Assembly (NCBI GenBank): GCA_012960105.1
Contig: DUBV01000014.1
Location: 2,711-66,710 of the forward strand
Direction: 5' to 3'
Length of the DNA: 64,000 nucleotides
DNA from: Thiotrichaceae bacterium
GTDB taxonomy: Bacteria; Pseudomonadota; Gammaproteobacteria; Eutrophobiales; Eutrophobiaceae
The notes under the pieces are model-generated. The model had not been told where the DNA came from, did no database searches, and saw only the letters and a list, made by a program, of their open reading frames with translations. Within the stretch, counting starts at the first letter, position 1. Each line of letters opens with the position of its first letter. A program made the translations under genes and the position numbers. Below, one piece after another: positions 21,301-28,500 of the stretch.

Positions 21301-22073
21301 CCGACAACAAGACCGTCAGCTTTACTATCAAAGGGTGAACACCGTCCTGATTTTGAAATTGCATTGAGCTGAGAAAATCCCATTTGTGTATACAAACAAT
21401 CTGGTCTAGATACACCACCAGCTAACATCACATCAGTACGACCAGCGACTAATTCATCAATGGCATACTTCAATGAATAAAGTGAAGAAGAACACGCCGC
21501 ATCTAAAGTATACGCACCTGCGCCAAGGCCTAATGCTTTTGCTAATAAACCACCAGGCAAGCCAGCAACGTATCGGTTTAATGGTTCTGTTTTATTAATG
21601 GCAGTATGTGACGGATCATTTGAATTAACGTTTAATTTTTCTTCAAATAACTCTTTAAATATTTCATCACTGAATTGTGATGATGATTCCGTAGGAAGCG
21701 CAATATTTCCTATAACAATACCAACACGTTCTTTATTGATTGCATCTGTTTTTGCATCATTCCAGGCATCACGACCTGCATGCAATAGAATTTGATACAT
21801 GGGATCTAATCGATTTAATAATTCAGCATCGACATTTAAACCTTCAGGATTAAATTCAAAGTCTTGAATCAAACAAGCACGACGAGAATTCACTTTATCA
21901 GGAGCTAATTCAGGAGAATACAATTCATCAGGCTGTAAACGCCAACGATCTGCCGTCACATCAATAGCTGTATCTTTTGCATTCAGAATATTCTGCCAGA
22001 ATTCATCCAGATCACGTGCTCCGGGAAACACTCCGCCAATTCCGACAATGGCAATTTTATTTGTTGATTTCAA
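15396..22073 (-). CDS. pfaC: PUFA-synthase subunit, KS-CLF-AT-DH(FabA-like)x2 (PfaC / Pfa3-like with embedded acyltransferase)
   Basis: KS DAACSSSLYSL (Cys about aa 194). A second KS-like domain lacks the Cys (TVSAEETSG), which marks it as a CLF. AT GYSLGE (Ser about aa 1054). Two FabA-type motifs (LTCHFVDDRVMPG, FKAHFFEDPVWPG). The start is TTG at 22071..22073, with an in-frame TAA three codons upstream. Confidence 0.9.
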   Translation of the reverse strand: MKSTNKIAIVGIGGVFPGARDLDEFWQNILNAKDTAIDVTADRWRLQPDELYSPELAPDKVNSRRACLIQDFEFNPEGLNVDAELLNRLDPMYQILLHAGRDAWNDAKTDAINKERVGIVIGNIALPTESSSQFSDEIFKELFEEKLNVNSNDPSHTAINKTEPLNRYVAGLPGGLLAKALGLGAGAYTLDAACSSSLYSLKYAIDELVAGRTDVMLAGGVSRPDCLYTQMGFSQLNAISKSGRCSPFDSKADGLVVGEGAGIFVLKRLSDAIEQEDHIYATIEGIGLSNDIEGNIMSPDTEGQGRAMQSAYTQAGWKPDQVQLIECHGTGTPVGDGVEFTSLNNLWQRNDVGVDIGGECVIGSVKSNVGHLLTAAGAAALMKTLLAMKHGVLPPTANYENPSSKIDLANSPFKVLDKPESWNVEDNTPRRAAISGFGFGGINAHVLLQEYLPETDKTSPAAAIETKQVDIAIVGMESRLGPWNDQQAFDEAQLFGSDKKATHPNNCWGVDSKVIEGNLINEVNVPLGRYRIPPAELKEMLPQQLLMLEVAANALEDAGLSELSTEQQCRTGVFIGIALDLNTTNFHFRWMQKKYAGGWLKSLGITLTDTELTEWVEKLKQAFGPALTANRTMGALGGIVASRIARAFRIGGPAFTVSAEETSGMRALESGVRALQQQELDQVIVGAVDLASDLRAVKGQVDYYGKSVVADGATAFILKRHEDALRDNDTVYALIKGIGVASAGGCDARPDQTAQIAAIQNACSDAKCHLNEIDAVSYAAGDISSDIPVLQNVVTNTFPFGHSGAANGLMSVASTVSALHHCVLPNGNNSQARYWLKDRIDGPRQSLVNSASIDGNCISVVLQEAQKKNQVNTSVKNISSKIISVSAKDKSELINKLQSLLFYGGVQDDANGKIRVAFLIKNENEFNLARKEVIAAIENNSSIDNGRCFYSASPLTESGKIAFVYPGSGSHFYGMGQELGVAFPEVLEQLNEENEALASQFAKGRFWNNQDNEDNHGEELSHEEVIFGQVWLGTFVSDVVANFGVKPNAIIGYSLGETAGFFSTRTWTARDEMLKRIQQSTLFTEELAGACTSVQKAWDTDEPIDWALGVINTSADNVKTVLEKYQRVYLLIINTPNECIIGGDKTELNKAVKELNAQYHPLSGVTTVHCEVAKPVAKSYRDLHIFETTPPAGITFYSGIRGGAYEVTQDSAADSILDQALSHFDYTKVINSAYDDGVRVFIEMGPGGSCTRMIDQILDQSDSNKPHHAKAVCVKGQDSVDNVLQLLARLYAEGVAVDLSKLDVNEKKQKAEYKNYISVKTGGEAFKIPMPPNTQQDTKPEVSELESKKIEAAESVIPLPLSSFSKVANGDFNPIIQQMQQTELARSQAQETFLRVSQGMTETITQAINMQMQLLNGDDIDLTNVDFKQVPVVSEVQAQVPEEVECLYDREQCMEFAIGSIGKMLGSQFADIDQYPTRVRLPDEPLMLVDRILDIEGEADSLMHNPSSKGRVITEHDVLPGAWYLDQGRIPTCIAVEAGQADLFLSGYLGIDHIAKGLAVYRLLDAKITFHGSLPKAGETIQYDIEIEEFFRQDETRLFRFNFVGTSNGQPVLTMTKGCAGFFTQQELDAGKGIVLTSLEKQQEQGKFSADWKELVSMQVESYSDEQLAALRTGDLAACFGETFENIELNKPVGLPSGRMTLVHRILKLDPAGGRFGIGQITGEADIHADDWFLTCHFVDDRVMPGTLMYECCLHTLRVYLLRMGWIGEEDEFVYEPIIDEVSQLKCRGQVNETTKAVQYEITLKEIGYQDDGTPYVLAEALMYGDHRAIVQMKNMSVQLSGLKREKLEALWSNKKSTKTKQVLFDNESILAFAIGKPSDAFGDKYKVFDSERKIARLPGPPYKFLDRIVSIKDCEQWVLKAGGVIEAEYDVPVDEWYFTEDNQPYMPFAVLLEVALQPCGWLAGYLGSALTSDIDISFRNLGGRATQFIRVTPDIGTLMTRVKMTSVSQSGGMIIQNYDYEMHSSQGMVYKGNTNFGFFSHQALAEQIGIRDAEPYVPTELEQSRGQSFPYPVDAPLPANMMRMVDEISLYDPEGGPNSLGFIEGKASVKEDAWFFKAHFFEDPVWPGSLGLESFMQLLKVFAWERWQDELEIGEFALDSMALDQSHQWVYRGQILPVDEQVTVQAVITEIDDESKTIIANGFLTVDGRIIYQMKDFALRMSAL

Positions 22074-22105
22074 AATTATTTACTTCTTCTTTTCTTTTAC
22101 TTTCG

Positions 22106-22159
22106 ATTTCAATTTCAATTTCAATTTCAATTTCAATTTCAATTTCAATTTCAATTTCA
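22106..22159. repeat. hexanucleotide microsatellite (ATTTCA)x9
   Basis: Counted directly: nine perfect units. Begins 33 nt upstream of the pfaC TTG start. Confidence 0.95.
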
Positions 22160-22215
22160 ATTTTTAATTTTTAATTTTTAATTTTTAATTTTTAATTTTT
22201 AATTTTTAATTTTTA
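22160..22215. repeat. heptanucleotide microsatellite (ATTTTTA)x8, directly abutting the hexamer array
   Basis: Counted directly: eight perfect units. On the coding strand of pfaC the units read TAAAAAT. Confidence 0.95.
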
Positions 22216-22523
22216 ATAATATTTAACAACCCTAGATTTATCTTTAAATAACAAACTTATTAAATTCAAAATTCTTTTCGTCTGTAATTAGCGGTTAATT
22301 TTAATAGGTTGTTTTTCCAGAGCACGTGTAATTACTTCCAGAATAAATTCTCGTTCTTTGTAAGGAAAGGCTTTCCATTCATTCAAGCCTATTTCAATTA
22401 CTAATCTTTGCAGCCTATTTTCCAAGGAAAACATTTTACATAATTATACTATACTTCAAATAATCATCATCAATTTCACTCAACTGTAGTAGCTCAGTAT
22501 TTCTGTGCATCACTAAATATTTT

Positions 22524-22645
22524 CTAAACAGATTCAGCCAATGCTTGTGTCATATTCATATAAGTATCTGATACTGTTTCAATATAATTAACATATTCGT
22601 CACGGGCATCCAATCACTCTTATAACTTCGAAAGAAACGTTCCAC
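22524..22645 (-). pseudogene. relic of the C-terminal end of an IS3-family (IS911-like) transposase OrfB
   Basis: Minus-strand translation gives VERFFRSYKSDWMPVT (compare the IS911-type MERFFRSLKNEWIPVV as I remember it). After a frame change it gives DEYVNYIE (compare ITDYIVGYY). There is no start codon, stops flank it, and no terminal inverted repeats were recognised. Confidence 0.4.
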
Positions 22646-22663
22646 TTAACTACACACCATATA

Positions 22664-23278
22664 CTATAAAAACTGAACAATATCCCTTTCTATAAGATAA
22701 CTAACAATCGTTTCAATGCATTCTTCTATTGAGAGTTTGGCAGTATCTAATACAATTTCAGCATTTTCTGGCGCGTCATAAGGTGAAGAGATACCTGTAA
22801 AATCTGATATTTCGCCTGCACGTGCTTTTTTATACAAACCTTTAACATCACGGGATTCACAATCCTCAAGTGAAGCAGAGCAATGTATTTCTATAAACTC
22901 ACCTTCGCCAACTAACTCTCGAACAATCTTTCTATCTTTAATAAAGGGAGAAATAAAAGCAGTCAAAACAATTACACCCGCATTCATCATCAACTTACTT
23001 ACTTCACCAATACGCCGGATGTTTTCTGTACGATCATTATCAGAAAAACCGAGGTCATTACACAGGCCACGACGGATATTGTCACCATCCAAAACATATG
23101 TTCTTATTTGCTTTCTATGTAAGGTATCTTCCAATGCATGAGATAAACTTGATTTACCCGCACCAGACAAACCCGTAAACCAAATAATGACGCTCTTATG
23201 CCCATTCATTATCTCTCGATCAGTTCGATAAACCGAAGGCTCGTGCCAGACTGTATTTTGGTTAGTTATTTTATTCAT
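22664..23278 (-). CDS. cysC: adenylylsulfate (APS) kinase
   Basis: P-loop FTGLSGAGKSS and a typical CysC body. 204 aa. Confidence 0.9.
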   Translation of the reverse strand: MNKITNQNTVWHEPSVYRTDREIMNGHKSVIIWFTGLSGAGKSSLSHALEDTLHRKQIRTYVLDGDNIRRGLCNDLGFSDNDRTENIRRIGEVSKLMMNAGVIVLTAFISPFIKDRKIVRELVGEGEFIEIHCSASLEDCESRDVKGLYKKARAGEISDFTGISSPYDAPENAEIVLDTAKLSIEECIETIVSYLIERDIVQFL

Positions 23279-23331
23279 AAGAATATGATAGTGACATTTT
23301 TTCTAAAATCCTTGAATCATGACTTATTAAG

Positions 23332-23445
23332 CTAAGTTGTTGAAAAGTTATAAAATGTGACAGGTTTATAGCCTGCTTGTGCTAAATGTTTACAATTATG
23401 TGAACCGATATAACCTGCTCCGCTTATTAAGAGAATATTTTTCAT
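23332..23445 (-). pseudogene. 37-codon 5' stub of a GalE-like NAD-dependent sugar epimerase
   Basis: Read from the sequence: MKNILLISGAGYIGSHNCKHLAQAGYKPVTFYNFSTT then stop. This matches the GalE Rossmann N-terminus (GxGYIGSH..C..L...G). The rest of the gene is absent. Confidence 0.6.
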
Positions 23446-23462
23446 CTTATTTATAGCATTAC

Positions 23463-24413
23463 TTAAGGGGAAGTAACATTAAAAGGTAAATTATTGAGGT
23501 ACCAATCGTAAGTTGATTTTATACCTTCTTGTAATGTCGTTTTATTCTTCCAACCCAGATTATTTAGCTTGGACACATCACAACATTTTTTAAGTGTGCC
23601 ATCGGGTTTCGATGAATCAAAAACGATGTCTCCTCCGTAGCCAACAATCCCTTTTATTAATTCCGCTAATTCTTTAATACTAACGTCTTGGCCTGTACCA
23701 ATGTTTACAATAGATTCGTCATCGTAAGTTTGCATCAGGAAACAACAGGCTTCTGCCATATCATCGATATAGAAAAACTCGCGATAGGGTTTGCCCGAAC
23801 CCCATATTTCAACGGCTTCTTTATTCTCTATTTTACCTTCATGAAATTTTCGTATTAATGCAGGTAATACATGTGAGCCTATTAGATCAAAATTATCATT
23901 TGGGCCATATAGATTCGTTGGCATAAGTGAAATGGCATTGAAACCATATTCTTTGCGATAGGCTTGGCAAAGTTTTATTCCCGATATTTTGGCTATCGCA
24001 TACCATTGGTTTGTTTCTTCCAGTGGCCCGGTTAATAAATATTCTTCTTTGATAGGTTGCGGACAATCACGCGGGTAAATACAGGTCGAACCGAGAAATG
24101 CGAGTTTCTTTACGCCATTGCGATAAGCCGCTTCAATTACGTTCGTTTGTATTAAAAGATTATCTCGAAGGAATTTAACCGGTTGGGTATCGTTGGCGTG
24201 TATACCGCCAACAACAGCGGCTGCCAGGAATACGTATTCTGGTTGTTGTTGTTTGAAAAATGAATCAACAGCGATTGGGTCACAAAGATCGAGTTCGTTG
24301 CGCGACCGTGTAATCAGATTATTGTGGTTATCGGATTTTAGTTTACGACATATCGCATTGCCGACTAATCCATTATGCCCCGCGACATAGATCTTTGAAT
24401 CTTTTTGCATCAC
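23463..24413 (-). CDS. fcl: GDP-L-fucose synthase (GDP-4-keto-6-deoxymannose epimerase/reductase)
   Basis: N-terminus KIYVAGHNGLVGNAI and an SDR-extended body. Immediately downstream of gmd. Confidence 0.9.
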   Translation of the reverse strand: MMQKDSKIYVAGHNGLVGNAICRKLKSDNHNNLITRSRNELDLCDPIAVDSFFKQQQPEYVFLAAAVVGGIHANDTQPVKFLRDNLLIQTNVIEAAYRNGVKKLAFLGSTCIYPRDCPQPIKEEYLLTGPLEETNQWYAIAKISGIKLCQAYRKEYGFNAISLMPTNLYGPNDNFDLIGSHVLPALIRKFHEGKIENKEAVEIWGSGKPYREFFYIDDMAEACCFLMQTYDDESIVNIGTGQDVSIKELAELIKGIVGYGGDIVFDSSKPDGTLKKCCDVSKLNNLGWKNKTTLQEGIKSTYDWYLNNLPFNVTSP

Positions 24414-24420
24414 GTCGAAC

Positions 24421-25479
24421 TTATTTGTTATTTATTAGAACTTCATTTTCGACTAACAGCATATCTCTTTGCATCATTTCGTCAATCATTTCATTCAGGT
24501 TCGTCGTTGGCGTCCAGCCTAATTTTTCTTTTGCTTTGGTCGGATCTCCTAATAGACTCTCTACCTCTGTAGGGCGGTAGTATCTCGGATCAACTTCGAC
24601 AATACAGTTTCCTTCATTGTCATAGCCTATTTCTTCGGCATCCTTTCCTTTCCAGGTAATGTCTATATCAACACTTTTTGCAGCGAATTCAATAAACTCT
24701 CTAACGCTATATTGCACACCGGTGGCAATCACATAATCTTCCGGTTCATCCTGTTGCAACATTAGCCATTGCATCTCGACATAATCTCGCGCATGCCCCC
24801 AATCGCGTTTTGCATTGAGGTTTCCGATATACAATTTATCTTGCAAGCCTTGCTTGATTCGGCTTAATGCCATGGTAATTTTTCTGGTTACAAATGTTTC
24901 ACCTCGTACCGGAGATTCGTGATTAAACAAAATACCATTACAAGCATAAATACCATAAGCTTCACGATAGTTAACCGTTATCCAATACGCATAGAGCTTT
25001 GCAACACCGTAGGGTGAGCGTGGATAAAACGGTGTTGTTTCTTTTTGCGGTACTTCCTGAACAAGACCATAAAGTTCTGATGTTGATGCTTGATAAAAAC
25101 GCGTCTTCTTCTCCAACTTTAGAATGCGGATTGCTTCAAGTATTCTTAGTGGACCCAGAGCATCCGAGTTAGCTGTATATTCCGGTTCTTCAAATGAAAC
25201 TGCTACATGACTTTGTGCGGCAAGGTTATATATTTCATCCGGCTGAGATTCCTGAATAATACGCGTAAGGCTAGTGGAATCGGTCATATCACCGTAATGC
25301 AAAATAAAATTACGATCCGACACATGCGGATCTTGATATAAGTGATCAATTCTATCGGTATTTATAAGCGAACTTCTTCGTTTAATACCATGAACAATAT
25401 AACCCTTGTTCAATAAAAATTCGGCTAGATAAGCCCCATCCTGCCCCGTGATACCCGTTATTAATGCTATTTTTGTCAT
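24421..25479 (-). CDS. gmd: GDP-mannose 4,6-dehydratase
   Basis: [19 protein letters not shown] and GIKRRSS motifs. 352 aa. Confidence 0.9.
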   Translation of the reverse strand: MTKIALITGITGQDGAYLAEFLLNKGYIVHGIKRRSSLINTDRIDHLYQDPHVSDRNFILHYGDMTDSTSLTRIIQESQPDEIYNLAAQSHVAVSFEEPEYTANSDALGPLRILEAIRILKLEKKTRFYQASTSELYGLVQEVPQKETTPFYPRSPYGVAKLYAYWITVNYREAYGIYACNGILFNHESPVRGETFVTRKITMALSRIKQGLQDKLYIGNLNAKRDWGHARDYVEMQWLMLQQDEPEDYVIATGVQYSVREFIEFAAKSVDIDITWKGKDAEEIGYDNEGNCIVEVDPRYYRPTEVESLLGDPTKAKEKLGWTPTTNLNEMIDEMMQRDMLLVENEVLINNK

Positions 25480-25500
25480 GAATTTAGTCTAATTAAAGAA

Positions 25501-25523
25501 TTAAAGGGGACGTTACCCTTTAA
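25501..25523 (-). terminator. small AU-rich stem-loop spanning the pfaA stop codon (possible weak terminator/attenuator before gmd)
   Basis: 8-bp stem TTAAAGGG / CCCTTTAA with a 7-nt loop. On the minus strand it is followed by UUCUUUAAUU. Only 3 G:C pairs. Confidence 0.25.
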
Positions 25524-28500
25524 ACGTTTTCTTTTTTATCTAGTTTATTTTTCTTGAATGCTGCTTGTAACGAAGCATCGCGTACGCATTCGTATCCATC
25601 CATTAGAGCGATCAACTTACCGTCACCATCAAGAAACTCTATTGCTGCTTTGGCTTTGTGAGCGGTATGCTCGTTTACTTCGGCAATAATTTTTGCACTG
25701 TCTTTTGGATAGTTACGTTGATATTGGCGATAACTTGCAATCGCTGTTGGTAACGAAGCACTATCATTTTCTTCGAAACTCCAGAGAATCATCATCTGGA
25801 ATGCGGAATCAAGAATTAGAGGATCAGTTAACCAGCCTGAACGTATCGGTTGATTCATCCAAGTTGATGGTTGCGCTGCTGCGCTTACATTGGCAACGAT
25901 GCCTTTATCACTACATTGTGTTACTTCTATAATGCCTTGTAGTTCTTGCCCATGAAATAACTGGCCATTATTGTAATATTCACCTTGTTTCTTTTTATAT
26001 GTCTCATTAACAGATTTTAATTGTGGCAATACATTTGATTCATAGTTATCAGCCAAAATCATTATTGCACTGGCATGTAATAATTCATCTGAATGTAATT
26101 CTACAGGAACAAGGGACACATCACCTTTATGTATAATTGTGCCTGCAAGGATTCTTAAATGAATATTTTCATCTGCATTTAATTTAATACCTTTTAAAAT
26201 GCGAAAATCATCGAAGCCCTGAAATTGCATACCAGGATTTAAATGTAATGCACCGTGAGCAAACCACTCGATGATAATGGCCATAGGTAAAACAGCCCGG
26301 CCATTAATTACGTGTGATTTCAGAAACGGATGAGAGCTGACGGAAAGATCACGTTCAAATGCTAATGATAAATTACTGCTATCTGCTTCTGATACTGAGT
26401 AATTAAATAGGGGTATCTTTTTAAGAAGATTTTCTGCCTCACCTAATATCACTGTTTCAACAGGACCATTAGATTCTATTTCTTGTATTAGATAATCAGC
26501 ACCGGCTTTTAAGCCAATAACGCCAACGCCCTCTTCGGCAAATAGTTTCTTTAGTGCCGGTGTGACCATGCCACCATCCCAAGGTCCCCAGTTAACCGAT
26601 AAGACTTTGCAATCTTTTCTATTTTTATTCTGACTAATGTTTTCTTGGGTCGCTTGTTTATTTAAAATTTCATTTGCAGCAGCATAATCAACCTGACCTT
26701 TACGACCCAGTCTTGCTGTTGTCGATGAAAATAACACCATGAGTTTTAATGCATCGCTACTTGTCGCTGACAATAAACTTTGCAGTCCTTCTACCTTGGT
26801 AGAGTAAACACGATTAAATTGTTCTTCTGTTTTGTCTTCTATTAGTCTATCAGCAAGTACACCGGCAGCATGTACTATTCCAGTAACGTTACCTAACTCA
26901 GTACGCGCCAGATTAATCACATTTGCAACAGCATCTTCATTGGTCACATCGACTGAGCTGTATTCTACTTTTGCACCTGTCTGTTCAATTCGTCCTAGTG
27001 TTGTTGTGATTTCTCGATTGGCGAGAATTGATTGATAGCGTTTTTCTAGGTCAGCAGGCCGAAGTTTTTCTTCTGTATTTTCCATTATGGCTTTCTTAAT
27101 ACTTGCTGCACTAGATAAAGACATTAACCATTCAGCTTCTGCTTCCGGTTCTGGACTACGACCGAGTAATAATAAAGAACATTGATATGTTTCAGCTAAT
27201 TTAACGGCAACTTCTGCAGTCACACCGCGGGCACCACCTGAAATAACGATTAAGTCTTCTTTGTTTAGTCGTTTATTTTCTTTTTTGTTTTGGGTGAGCG
27301 TTTCTTCTTCCAGTATTAACTGGCTACATTTACCATTTGATATGCCAACTTCCAATGGTCCCGCTAGAAAGAGTTCTTTCTGAATTAAATCGAGTGATGC
27401 AGAGGCTTGATTAATATCGATAGCTTTGCAATTAACTTCCGTCCATTCCTTGTCTGCTGTTTTAATAATGCCATACAAGCCTGCTTGTACAGGATTGCCT
27501 TTCTTAAATTTTTCAAATCCAAATTGACCACCTAACGTGGTAATTGCAGCGAGTATGCCTTTCGATTTTTTCAGACTAGTACTGCAACGCTGAATTAAGG
27601 CAAAGGTATCAAGTAAATATTGTTTATTTGCATCTTCTTTCGCATAAATAATAAGAGCACCTAGTTCATCGCTGGGTTCATTACTTGCTTCATCATCATT
27701 GCTTATTAATTTTGCTTTATAGCCTTTTCCTTGAAGTTCAGTGACTAGCTGTTTAGCGCGTTTGCCGCCATCTTTGGTAACCCATATTTCTTTGTCTTTG
27801 TTGAATTCTATCTGTTGACGCTGAGATTTATTATCAATGGCCACAACACGAACAACACTGCGGATAATTCTCGATTCTGTTTGTTTTACCTTAGCATCAA
27901 CGACAACATCAACAACTGGTGCCGGCTTATTAACACTAGACGCTTGCTCATCCATATACTCAACGATTTGTTGCAAGGTTTGTAATGCAGCAAGATCATC
28001 TGCGGACACTGTTGGCAAACTTGGCATTTTGTCTTGTAGTGCCGATAAGATTTCAACTCGCTTGATTGAGTCGATACCTAAATCGCTATCCAAATTCATT
28101 TCCAGATTTAACATGTCAACTGGATAACCGGTTTTGTCGGCAACAACTTCAAGTAGCACTTCTGATAAATTTGAGTCGCTTGTCGCTATTGCTGCTGGAG
28201 CTTGCTCTACTTCTGATACATTAAAGATATCAACAATCGACTGTAGTGTTTGCAAGGTTGCCATATCATCTGGACTTACTGCTGGTAGTTCAGGAATTTG
28301 TTCTTGTATTGCCGAAAGGATTTCAACACGCTTAATCGAATCGATACCTAAGTCACTATCCAGGTTCATTTCCAGATTAAGCATATCAACCGGATAACCG
28401 GTTTTATCTGCGACTACATCAAGTAAGGTGTTTGCAAAACCGCTAACAACATTTGTTTCTTGAGGGGCTACGGAAACTGAGGCTGTTTCTACAGAAACAA

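Noticed and set aside
21977-22174. Plus-strand ORF translating to ...SISISISISISISISI
   Set aside because: It is an artefact of reading through the (ATTTCA)n microsatellite and the antisense of the pfaC 5' end. It has no coding features.
22106-22215. Possible CRISPR array or minisatellite of mobile origin
   Set aside because: The units are only 6 and 7 nt long, perfectly tandem, and have no spacers. This is a simple-sequence repeat, not a CRISPR array.
22664-25479. gmd, fcl and cysC as dedicated tailoring genes of the pfa-ole product (fucosylated or sulfated lipid)
   Set aside because: No glycosyl- or sulfotransferase is present, and the block is flanked by a truncated galE and a transposase relic. 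A mosaic insertion is more parsimonious. The idea is kept only as an alternative in the corresponding finding.
27837-28397. Antisense ORFs 27837..28127 and 28134..28397 with similar sequences
   Set aside because: They mirror the tandem ACP repeats of pfaA on the opposite strand. The low-complexity Ser/Thr-rich translations are a by-product of the repeat, not genes. The same applies to the many other plus-strand ORFs inside pfaA, pfaC and pfaD.
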